DNA from: a virus
Length of the DNA: 64,000 nucleotides
Strand: one strand, 5' to 3'
Virus record (IMG/VR): IMGVR_UViG_3300045988_154892
Shown here: positions 36,982 through 45,542 of the stretch, piece after piece
Position numbering within the stretch: position 1 is the stretch's first letter
Layout of the letters: each line of letters begins with the position of its first letter
Program-made: the position numbers and the translations under genes
The notes under the pieces: model-generated
The model's database searches: none
Told to the model about the DNA's origin: nothing
Seen by the model: the letters and a program-made list of their open reading frames with translations, nothing else

Positions 36982-38841
36982 TTAACACTTCATCTTTTTA
37001 ACGCTATCTCCAAATTCATCAATGAACGGGCTAGGATTCATAAGATTATCATTGTATGATGTAGTAGAAGAGAGATATAACTCATTCTCTGCTCTTGTAA
37101 TTCCAACATATAACAATCTGCGTTCATCATCGAGATTATCACTTTTTGCATGTGGGAGTAGTCCATCATTCAATCCAACAATGAACACGATTGGATATTC
37201 CAACCCTTTTGCTCTATGAATTGTTGAGAGATGTACTTTATCATTATTCTCCATTGCAACTTGTCTATTGATGTCATCTAAGTACAACATAAACTCGTTT
37301 AAATCAAAATACTTGTCTGCAATATTTTGAAAAGCATCCATATTTTCAATCTGTTCCGAAAATCCACCATCATCAGCCTGTTTACCCTTGCTAACAAAAT
37401 CATCGATTTTAAGATAGAATCTCAAATATTCAATCATCTTACCAACCGACTCGAATTTTCTGTTCTGTAGTGTATTAATAACTTCATATAATTGATCAAT
37501 TCCATTTTTGAAACGCCAATTTCTGCGATCAATCGTAAACATTGCATTGTACAAAGAAGTGTTTTTCCTCGTAGCATTTTCCTTGACTTCAGCGAAAAAT
37601 TTCTGGTCTAACCAACGATTTGGTTTATTATACACATAGGAAAATGCTGAATTATCTCCTTCATGCAATGCCAATTTAAGATAGGAGATCAGTAACTTAA
37701 TCTCTGGTAGTTCCGTAAACATGACCCCATTAACAACGTCATATGGAATCATATTTTTAGACATGACAGTTTGCAATATTGTCAACTGGGCATTAGTCCT
37801 TGCTAGAACAGCCATATCTCTATACTCATTGTTCTCTCTTTTCTCTGTGATCTTTTTACAAATCCAAGAGGCTTCATCATATTCACTTACAAATTTTCTG
37901 TATTCAGGGAGCTGATTTGTTCCTTTAGAAGCAATACTTTCTACGTAATTCTTATCCTTACTGTCAGGAATATGTTGTGCTAACATATTCGCCATGCGTA
38001 CAATATCTGTACTACATCTGTAATTCGTGTTTAAATGGACGATTTTCACATCAGAATAATCCTGATCAAACTGCATAATGTATTCACTTCGCCCACCACG
38101 AAAAGAATAGATTGCCTGTAAAGGATCACCTACAATCATAGTGTTTTTATTATTAATTCTTTTAAGAAGAAGGGACTGTGCCATAGACACATCCTGAAAC
38201 TCATCTGATAACACGTAAAGATATTTATTCTGATAAAATTTTAAAATATCTGGAAATTTGTCAAAACACTGATTTGCCATATTCAAAAAATCATCAAATT
38301 CAATATAAGACTTATCCTTTTTATAATCTTCGTACATTTTATAAATCTTTTTCATCCGATCATCAGGATAGGGATCGTCATCCGAATAAATCAATTCATC
38401 TATTGGCCCCAACATATTTGTTTTCTGATTTCCCAAGAATCTCAGTATTCCATTATAAGGAACATCATCTTTATTCCTACATAATCCAAGTAAATCACAG
38501 CAAATTTCTTTCAGTGCTTTTTCTTTTTCCCAAGATGCAGTCCATACCTTGTATTTTCCATATCCATATGTAGAAGTAATAATTTTAAGAGCGAGAGAGT
38601 GAAAAGTTTCTACATTTACACTAGCTACTCCAAGCTTTCCCAATCTTTGCTCAATGCTTTCTTTTGCCTTTTTACTGAATGTAACAGCCAAAATAGTAGT
38701 GGGATCAATTCCATAATTCTTGACCATGTTTAAAATTCTATATGTAAGTACAGATGTCTTTCCAGATCCAGCTGCAGCAATGACAACCATATTTCCGTCT
38801 ATGGTGTGAATGGCTTCCTTTTGGTTTGTATTAAACTCCAT
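36982..38841 (-). CDS. UvrD/PcrA/Rep-family SF1 DNA helicase
   Basis: Start set at MEFNTNQKEAI. AAAGSGKTS, LSDEFQDVS, VGDPLQAIYSFRG, TIHRAKGLEYP, YVGITRAENEL. Confidence 0.9.
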   Translation of the reverse strand: MEFNTNQKEAIHTIDGNMVVIAAAGSGKTSVLTYRILNMVKNYGIDPTTILAVTFSKKAKESIEQRLGKLGVASVNVETFHSLALKIITSTYGYGKYKVWTASWEKEKALKEICCDLLGLCRNKDDVPYNGILRFLGNQKTNMLGPIDELIYSDDDPYPDDRMKKIYKMYEDYKKDKSYIEFDDFLNMANQCFDKFPDILKFYQNKYLYVLSDEFQDVSMAQSLLLKRINNKNTMIVGDPLQAIYSFRGGRSEYIMQFDQDYSDVKIVHLNTNYRCSTDIVRMANMLAQHIPDSKDKNYVESIASKGTNQLPEYRKFVSEYDEASWICKKITEKRENNEYRDMAVLARTNAQLTILQTVMSKNMIPYDVVNGVMFTELPEIKLLISYLKLALHEGDNSAFSYVYNKPNRWLDQKFFAEVKENATRKNTSLYNAMFTIDRRNWRFKNGIDQLYEVINTLQNRKFESVGKMIEYLRFYLKIDDFVSKGKQADDGGFSEQIENMDAFQNIADKYFDLNEFMLYLDDINRQVAMENNDKVHLSTIHRAKGLEYPIVFIVGLNDGLLPHAKSDNLDDERRLLYVGITRAENELYLSSTTSYNDNLMNPSPFIDEFGDSVKKMKC

Positions 38842-38857
38842 TTTTATATCTCCTTTT

Positions 38858-39937
38858 CTAATTAATTTGAAGCGTGTATTCATCTTCAACTTTACGTTTA
38901 TTAATTCTCTTCCCAAGATATTCAGTTTCATTATTTATTGTCATTTCGCACAATCCCTTAAAACACAGGGAATAATCATCTTTGCTTTCATAGATCGTAT
39001 ATTTTCGAGGTGATTTATCAAAACGTTTTTGGGCATTGCCAATAATCATCTCTGTGAAAGTATCATTAAATTTTTTGATAATATTGGATTGATATGGGAA
39101 TTGATTTAGAACAAAACTACATTTGTCAAGATCGATGTAATAAGCTTCATATGACTTATAGACAAGTTTGATTTTGCGTTTATATAATTCATCTTTGAGG
39201 ACTTCATTAAATCGTTGTGATTTTTTGCTGTAATATCTTTCTGATGCATTTGTGATATTTGCTTTTTCATCAGCAACCTTAATACAAGCAGCATAAAAAT
39301 CCATATCTTCTTTAGACGCCTCTCTAGTTTCCAATTTAATATTTGCATGAACAACTCCATCTGAATCGATTTCAATCATCTCGTCTGATACTTCAGAAGT
39401 GATTTTGTACACATCACGCCAGATGATAAGACCTGCGGATTTAAGATAATCCAGAGCATTCATAATATAATACTCAATCATATCATCTGATTTATTATAA
39501 AATTCATTAATAGTATCCAATTCGTATTTAATAGCTCTGCTAGTTTCCTCTTTATTATATTTACAGAGATTATAATTTTGGTTGACCATATTGATTTCTC
39601 TGGCCCATTTACCAAGTGTGATATCAATCTTTCGATTTTTATCATGTCCATTAATGATTTTTTCTAGTAGCAGTGGAACAATATACTGATATAAAGATGT
39701 GTTCATTTTGCTAAAATTAGCTGGTAAAATATAAGGATATACTTCTTTGATCATATATTCCTTTTTTCCATGAGGTTCGATTTTACAATATCTACTTACT
39801 TTTTTTAAAAGAGTCTGTTTATTTTTTGTTTGCATATAACCCAATTTTTCATATGAATCCTTTTGGGATTGACTGCCATAACGAGTTACTAGATCTTGTT
39901 CAGAAATAAGTCCTACTTCAAAATTATTCTTGTCCAT
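38858..39937 (-). CDS. hypothetical protein
   Basis: 359-aa ORF immediately upstream of the helicase gene. Confidence 0.6.
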   Translation of the reverse strand: MDKNNFEVGLISEQDLVTRYGSQSQKDSYEKLGYMQTKNKQTLLKKVSRYCKIEPHGKKEYMIKEVYPYILPANFSKMNTSLYQYIVPLLLEKIINGHDKNRKIDITLGKWAREINMVNQNYNLCKYNKEETSRAIKYELDTINEFYNKSDDMIEYYIMNALDYLKSAGLIIWRDVYKITSEVSDEMIEIDSDGVVHANIKLETREASKEDMDFYAACIKVADEKANITNASERYYSKKSQRFNEVLKDELYKRKIKLVYKSYEAYYIDLDKCSFVLNQFPYQSNIIKKFNDTFTEMIIGNAQKRFDKSPRKYTIYESKDDYSLCFKGLCEMTINNETEYLGKRINKRKVEDEYTLQIN

Positions 39938-40003
39938 AAAAATGTCTCCTTTTCAAAATGGTAATTTTAGAGTCATTTTTACCTTATATATTCTGAAAAA
40001 ATT

Positions 40004-40060
40004 TTACTGTACCATTTCTTCCTAATATATATTATATATAGGGAACTTTTGGTACAGTAA
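40004..40060. repeat. 11-bp perfect inverted repeat flanking an AT palindrome
   Basis: TTACTGTACCA (40004-14) and TGGTACAGTAA (40050-60) around TATATATTATATATA, about 70 bp upstream of gene 38858-39937. Confidence 0.6.
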
Positions 40061-40305
40061 TTTCACCCATAATTTATAAGGGTAAAATTGCTCTATTTTA
40101 TACTTTGTTCATACTTTTAATAAATACTTTATAAATGATTCAGTACCTGGTGGCTGCTTTAGCAGACGCCAGAGCAAGGAGAGCTACTGCATCTCCGCGC
40201 TAGTAGCGTGGCACACTATTGTCAATCCAACCGTGTAACCAAAAACTACCGTAGCCACTTTTTGATAATTCATTCTCTAATAGAATAATGGTTTTATCAA
40301 ATTGT

Positions 40306-41130
40306 TCACTCATCCAGAATTGCATCAACCATCTCTTCAAATAAACTTCTATATTCTTTGTCATAAGCTAGTGCATCCATGGTCATACAATTCTTTAGAT
40401 TATTATTATGACAATAGTCATCTATCATCTGATTTAAATCCTTATCTGTATATTGTTCTCCAAACTCTTTAAATAATTTTCTATATAATGTTTTGTAATC
40501 ATCAATTCCATATTTCATCATAATCCGCTTGAATTTAGGCATCATAATACTTACCCAATATGGCATTTTCTTATTTGATATTGTTCCAAATGTATTCATA
40601 TTATTTTCTAATGAGGTCAATCGTTCATTTAGTTGAGTAATATCAGCATTATATCTGTCATATAAAGAGCTAACTGCCTGATTTATGTCATTTTGAGTTT
40701 GAATAAGCGTTTGGAGAGTTTTAATAATTGGCTGTAAATTTATAGATGTAAAAGTATTATTTCTATATTTTTCTACAATATCCCATACCCAATCCATAAA
40801 TTCGTCTGCTTTTGGTTGTCTTGACCATCTGCAAATTTCCATAATTCCTCTTTCGGTATAGTAGACACGTTCTGTCATAAGATTATTGTTTCGACATACA
40901 TCACTTTGATGGTGGTCGAAAGTTTCTGTTTTGATTTTTAATGATAAATGATCAAGACGATCTTTGTGTTTCATATGAATATTTTGGATTGATTTTATTG
41001 GATCTTTATATTCCAACGCTTGCCCAATTTGTTCTCTTGTCAATAAAATGTCATCATTCATATTTCTGTAAAAGCTGCAGTCCAGTTCTCCAAATTTCTC
41101 TGTTGTAATTAGTTTTAAATTATTATTCAT
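40306..41130 (-). CDS. BRO-N domain antirepressor-like protein
   Basis: The N-terminus KLITTEKFGELDCSFYRNMNDDILLTREQIGQALEY resembles the Bro-N DNA-binding domain. Confidence 0.6.
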   Translation of the reverse strand: MNNNLKLITTEKFGELDCSFYRNMNDDILLTREQIGQALEYKDPIKSIQNIHMKHKDRLDHLSLKIKTETFDHHQSDVCRNNNLMTERVYYTERGIMEICRWSRQPKADEFMDWVWDIVEKYRNNTFTSINLQPIIKTLQTLIQTQNDINQAVSSLYDRYNADITQLNERLTSLENNMNTFGTISNKKMPYWVSIMMPKFKRIMMKYGIDDYKTLYRKLFKEFGEQYTDKDLNQMIDDYCHNNNLKNCMTMDALAYDKEYRSLFEEMVDAILDE

Positions 41131-41235
41131 AGTAAATATCTCCTTTGTATTTATGTTTTCTTCTGATATTTATTTATTCTCCATACGATTTGAACTATTT
41201 TTAATTTTATGATTTTGTTAATCCTTAATTTTGAG

Positions 41236-41273
41236 CATAAAAAATAGCAGACAAGATTTCTCTCATCTGCTAT
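41236..41273 (-). terminator. intrinsic terminator after DUF3825-like gene
   Basis: Minus strand AUAGCAGA-14 nt-UCUGCUAU followed by UUUUUAUGC. Confidence 0.65.
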
Positions 41274-41296
41274 TAAAATTATTTTTGTATTTTGTT

Positions 41297-42283
41297 TTAT
41301 TCTATTTCTGTATCAGTTAACCATCCTGTATCAGAACTTGCAATCAATCTAGCATTATTATATGCCATATCTAATGTTAGACAAGTGAATCCTTGATAAC
41401 AATTACCTAATTTTGTAACAGCTAATGCTAGATTTGGGCTTCCTTCATCGGTATCTAGGCACAATGGTAATAGTAATTGGATTTTATCTTCATAACATTG
41501 CGGTATTGCTAATTTATAATTTGCTGAGACTCTGCGTTTCATTAACTCAACGGCACCTGTAAGAATACACATTTTATTTTCTTTTTCTAGGAACCCTTCG
41601 GGTAAACGTTCTTTATTTCTTTCATCTTCTAGAATATGCTTAAAATGAATATCTATAGGGTAGTGCCAATCGAAGAGCAGTAGTGATGGATCTTTGAAAT
41701 AGTTTGCTTTCTGAGGTCGTTCTGATATCCCATGCTGATTTAATTCATGTCCAGTAAGGAAAGAGATATTATATTCTGAATTTGAATAAGCATAGATTGG
41801 CTCATAATATTTCGTAAACAATCCTGTGTTGAATAATGCATAATTTGTTCTATAAATGATTTGTCCATCCGTTCTAAGCTTTTTATATGTATGAACCAGG
41901 TAGTTTGTTAGAATTCCATTATTAGGATATGTTTTGTTCGACCAATTTTCTTCTTTTGCTTTCCTGGCAAGTATATCTGTATAATCCTTCCAATTTACAT
42001 TGAAGTGTGCCATATATTCCATCCCCTTCGTATTTTTAAATGCTGTTCTAAGTATATCATATTTTCTGGATTCATGAAATGGATCTGCGGAGGTATATTC
42101 TGGTAAATACAATTCACATGGATAAGACTCATACGAATCTTGTTTTAGAGGAATATTTTGTCCTTGTAATTTAGTATAAGTATTTGTGTAAGCTTCTTTG
42201 GCTGATTCTGCATATATCATAAAGATATGATCGTATGGTTCATAACAATAAGTTGCAGTAGTTGGTACTAAATATGTATTCAT
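41297..42283 (-). CDS. DUF3825-like protein
   Basis: 328 aa. C-terminal NYKLAIPQCYEDKIQLLLPLCL...LALAVTK...CLTLDMAYNNARLI resembles the DUF3825 signature as I recall it. Confidence 0.45.
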   Translation of the reverse strand: MNTYLVPTTATYCYEPYDHIFMIYAESAKEAYTNTYTKLQGQNIPLKQDSYESYPCELYLPEYTSADPFHESRKYDILRTAFKNTKGMEYMAHFNVNWKDYTDILARKAKEENWSNKTYPNNGILTNYLVHTYKKLRTDGQIIYRTNYALFNTGLFTKYYEPIYAYSNSEYNISFLTGHELNQHGISERPQKANYFKDPSLLLFDWHYPIDIHFKHILEDERNKERLPEGFLEKENKMCILTGAVELMKRRVSANYKLAIPQCYEDKIQLLLPLCLDTDEGSPNLALAVTKLGNCYQGFTCLTLDMAYNNARLIASSDTGWLTDTEIE

Positions 42284-42586
42284 AGCTTAAAATCTCCTTT
42301 AAGATATAATTTTTTCTTTTGCAAAATATTATTCTCTCATTGGAAATTTTATTTTTTGATTTTTAATTGTAGTGTATTGAATGGCAAAGATGTTTTGCTG
42401 TTGTAGTTTTAAATACCCCTCCCTATAGTGCATTCGGTAAGCGAGTATACATATCATTTCTTAGGTGCAATCGTGGGAGAGTATGCGAGATTATTTTTCT
42501 AGGACGGATTTAGATGTGTTTGGTGGATAGTTGTTAAGGTACGGATATAAGATTGATTTAAAACTTGTAGAAGTATCTTTTTGTAT

Positions 42587-42628
42587 AGGGTAGGTGATTT
42601 TTATGGTCATCTACCCTTATTTTATTTG
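42587..42628 (+). terminator. plus-strand intrinsic terminator between two minus-strand genes
   Basis: AGGGUAG-17 nt-CUACCCU followed by UAUUUUAUUU. The minus-strand reading has no U-tract. Confidence 0.5.
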
Positions 42629-42641
42629 AGTTATTTCCTAT

Positions 42642-43160
42642 TTAAAATGTGATGCTGACACTAAGTTTGATTCTGTACATATAATTGTTTGCCAGTAAAG
42701 TTGATCCGAGACAACAGGGAATTGATATTTCGGTGCGTTTTTCTAATTTATTATATCCTACTACAGATATACGAATATCATCTTCTGCAGCAAGTCTTTG
42801 TAATTCTTTTAAATATTCATCATATGCAGATTGGTTTGTAATAACATAAGAGATTACGCATGATGTTTCTTGTACTTGTCCAGAAAATAATCCTCTTCTA
42901 TTCATGGTTGTTCTTGTTTCACAGACTCGTCTGACATATTCTGCAGCTTCTGGTTCGCCTGAATAGGAATCCGGATAATAGCAAGAGATATATTTATGAT
43001 TGCCTATAGTTGTGTACTCATTATGCTGTGCTTTAGAGCGTAAAAGATCTTTTACACCAGAATAATCAAGTCTGGCATTTGTTTGTGCTTCAGATGTTGC
43101 TTTGACCTGGATCTGCTTCTGTGTTGGGGTAGGGCTGGACAATTCATCACGAAATGACAT
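42642..43160 (-). CDS. hypothetical protein
   Basis: 172-aa ORF with an AGAGGAAAA RBS. First gene of the leftward arm. Confidence 0.55.
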   Translation of the reverse strand: MSFRDELSSPTPTQKQIQVKATSEAQTNARLDYSGVKDLLRSKAQHNEYTTIGNHKYISCYYPDSYSGEPEAAEYVRRVCETRTTMNRRGLFSGQVQETSCVISYVITNQSAYDEYLKELQRLAAEDDIRISVVGYNKLEKRTEISIPCCLGSTLLANNYMYRIKLSVSITF

Positions 43161-43916
43161 GATTTTCCTCTTTTCTTGTATTGGTGGACAGTTTATAGGG
43201 TGTATGTGTTTGAATGGATTCTAGGGTGATTATAATACTGTTTTGTCCTTGGAGCAAGGGTAAGGATGTATGGTTTAGATAGGTGAGTGTTGAAATAGTG
43301 AAGGAGAGAGGAAGAGTGCAATTTTTAATCCGTAAAATGTTTATCGTTTGAGGCCAGAATTTATATGTGGTATTTTTGATTGAGGGTGAAAAAGTGGAGA
43401 GTAAAATTTGAAGGGCAGAGTGATTTTAAGGCTTGATTACTGAGGTTTACGATAAGGGGTACGATATGGGGTTTTGGTGCGTGGAAGGGGAATTTTGGGC
43501 TTGGTTATTGGGGAAAGTGGAGATAAGTTTGGAGTGGAGATGGTGTGGTTTGGAGCGGATTAGGGGTGATGGATTTTTGAGTTGGTGGGTGGATGAACCA
43601 GCTACCGGCGGCGGCGGAATTTTCAGATAATTTGTTGGTTTTAACCACCCCCCTGTCTGAATGTTCTGAAAACTAGCAGCTTCTGCATACGTTTTACCTC
43701 GAAAAACAGGTATTTTATAGGGCATAACACAATTCTAATACAATTCAAAATATTCTGATAATAGATTAAATTTTTTCTATTGTTTGGTAAAATAAAAATT
43801 TTTGACCATGGTGTGCGCCGTTCCGGTGGCAAGGCGAAAAAGGGTGGTAAAGTGTGACGTAAGGTCATATATAAAAATTTTATATATCGAAAATAGTAAT
43901 GATTACTATTATCAAG

Positions 43917-43946
43917 TTATCCACATAAGTTTCCACATTATCCACA
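43917..43946 (+). promoter_or_regulatory. DnaA-box cluster
   Basis: TTATCCACA (43917-25), GTTTCCACA (43929-37), TTATCCACA (43938-46): two perfect 9-mers and one 7/9 match, all in the same orientation. Confidence 0.7.
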
Positions 43947-44035
43947 ATTTCCATATATACAAATACTAAACAAAAAGTTTACCAATACTAAACCGCACAT
44001 TTCCATAAAATCAATAATAGTAAACATTCCTAATT

Positions 44036-44097
44036 TTCTAAACTGACCATTAGTCGCAAAAATATGACTATTAGTCATTCTAAACTGACCAATAGTC
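44036..44097. repeat. iteron/operator-like repeats
   Basis: TTCTAAACTGACCATTAGTC (44036-55) and TTCTAAACTGACCAATAGTC (44078-97), with the related palindrome TGACTATTAGTCA (44065-77) between them. Centres are about 21-22 bp apart. Confidence 0.6.
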
Positions 44098-44124
44098 AAC
44101 ATTCTATTCCGGCACACTTTGCAG

Positions 44125-44340
44125 TCAATATCCCTTTTTATTCAGATCTGCTTTTATTAAATTTTTAATATATTCGGCTTTATTTACATTATTTTCTGAA
44201 ATATATCTTTCTAACCTTTCAAATTCTGATAATTCTTTTGGAGTGTAGCGTATTGCGACACTTTTACATTGTGAGTTATATTTTCTGACAGCTTTTAATT
44301 GTGACTCGTTAGTTTCTGACAATATGATACCTTCTTTCAA
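44125..44340 (-). CDS. small DNA-binding protein, RHH/CopG-like (tentative)
   Basis: 71-aa ORF. KSVAIRYTPKELSEFERLERYISENNVNKAEYIKNLIKADL has a strand-helix-helix-like pattern. Confidence 0.45.
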   Translation of the reverse strand: MKEGIILSETNESQLKAVRKYNSQCKSVAIRYTPKELSEFERLERYISENNVNKAEYIKNLIKADLNKKGY

Positions 44341-44376
44341 TTATTTTATTTTCAGCACTTTGCACAATAAACTATT

Positions 44377-44455
44377 GCATCTATTGTGTAATATTACTAT
44401 TTGCCAATATGCTGCATAATACTATTACTTATACCGCATCTATTGTGTATATTAC
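44377..44455. repeat. direct repeats GCATCTATTGTGTA (x2) in the divergent control region
   Basis: Copies at 44377-90 and 44436-49, each followed by (A/T)TATTAC. Candidate operators. Confidence 0.5.
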
Positions 44456-44541
44456 ACAACGACAATTAATTAACTAGCAATATGCACTAAAAATAGTTCT
44501 ATGCATGTTTATAATTTGTGTATAATTTCACTAAAAAACAC

Positions 44542-44570
44542 TTGCAATCTATGCATGCATATGAGATAAT
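44542..44570 (+). promoter_or_regulatory. candidate promoter
   Basis: TTGCAA, 17 nt spacer, GATAAT. Confidence 0.45.
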
Positions 44571-44691
44571 ACAATTACCGAAAGGGTGATAGCCTAAACG
44601 GTACGCGAACGGTCGTTTTGTTCGCGGTGTTGTCTCTTCTGTATGTCGGACACCGACCGACAAAAAAGTTTTAAAAAATCCTAAAAAGGGG

Positions 44692-44720
44692 TTGACAAAC
44701 CCCGATAAAAGGGTTATAAT
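44692..44720 (+). promoter_or_regulatory. consensus promoter of the rightward arm, embedded in a palindrome
   Basis: TTGACA (44692-97), 17 nt spacer, TATAAT (44715-20). GGGGTT (44688-93) and AACCCC (44698-703) form an inverted repeat across the -35. Confidence 0.8.
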
Positions 44721-44726
44721 AGCATT

Positions 44727-45304
44727 AAAGATAAGGGCAAGACCTTTTACAAGACCAAACCCATATCTTTACATAGCCCAACAAGGGCATGGGGGAATTG
44801 TGGTTTCCCCTTTGCACACATAGTGCAATCTAAGTTCTTTACCGTTCTTAGATTCTAGCACAGATCGTGCAAAAAGTCCACCACTTTTTCTAAAAACAGT
44901 CTGCACATAGACTAGGTACAGCCAGCTTTCCTAGAAAGTTGACTAAAGACTAAAAAGTGTGTAGGTTGCTAGAGGTTCCCTTTTTGGGTTTACTCTATAC
45001 AAACTCCCATAGCGGGAGAAAATAACCGCTTTACGGCGGCACGGTTGGCAATGCCGTGTGAAACATTGCAAGTCATCCCCTTTTTGAAGGTGAGAGCTGG
45101 GCATGTGTGAGCAAGTGGCACATGAATAGACCGGATTACATACCGAGGAAACAGGTACTTTTACCGTCCTATATTCTAGGTCGTGGGAGAGCAATAACGA
45201 TAAAAGTACAATGTCCGAACTTGAAAAAGTTCTTAATAAACAGTTTAGCTGACGAGCTATATAGGCAAGGTTCAATATTCAAACTTACTTGTTTATAAAA
45301 ACGT
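44727..45304 (+). ncRNA. long structured leader or independent ncRNA of the rightward operon
   Basis: About 580 nt after the consensus promoter without a credible ORF. Many 5-8 bp hairpins, e.g. AAAGAUAAGGG/CCCAUAUCUUU, AAUCUAAG/CUUAGAUU, CAUGUG/CACAUG. Confidence 0.45.
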
Positions 45305-45466
45305 TTTTCACCCATATAAAAAGATGTGAAATGTAGCAGAAAACAGGGTAACACCTGTTTTTCCATAGAGTAGGGTAATACCTGCCTAGTTTGACTGTTT
45401 CACATCTTTTTATATGGCTTTTATTGAATAGTATAAAGTGGCAGCGCTACCAGTCTGCCCTTTTAT
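45305..45466 (+). terminator. cluster of nested and tandem terminator-like structures
   Basis: AACAGG-6 nt-CCUGUU+UUU (45342-62). 20-bp arms 45312-31/45398-417 followed by CUUUUAUU. GGCAG-10 nt-CUGCC+CUUUUAU (45440-66). UUUCAC 45305-10 can pair alternatively with GUGAAA 45326-31. Confidence 0.55.
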
Positions 45467-45542
45467 AGTGTGCAATAACACACCTAAAACAAAAACTAAA
45501 AAATAATGCACCTGTGCGTAAAACAGGAGAAATGGAGTAATT

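Noticed and set aside
43433-43868. ORFs 43433-43630 (+), 43447-43725 (-) and 43641-43868 (-)
   Set aside because: Their low-complexity products (G/W-rich or P/S/H/N-rich) are generated by the C-depleted tract. They have no RBS, and the region is better explained as regulatory or non-coding.
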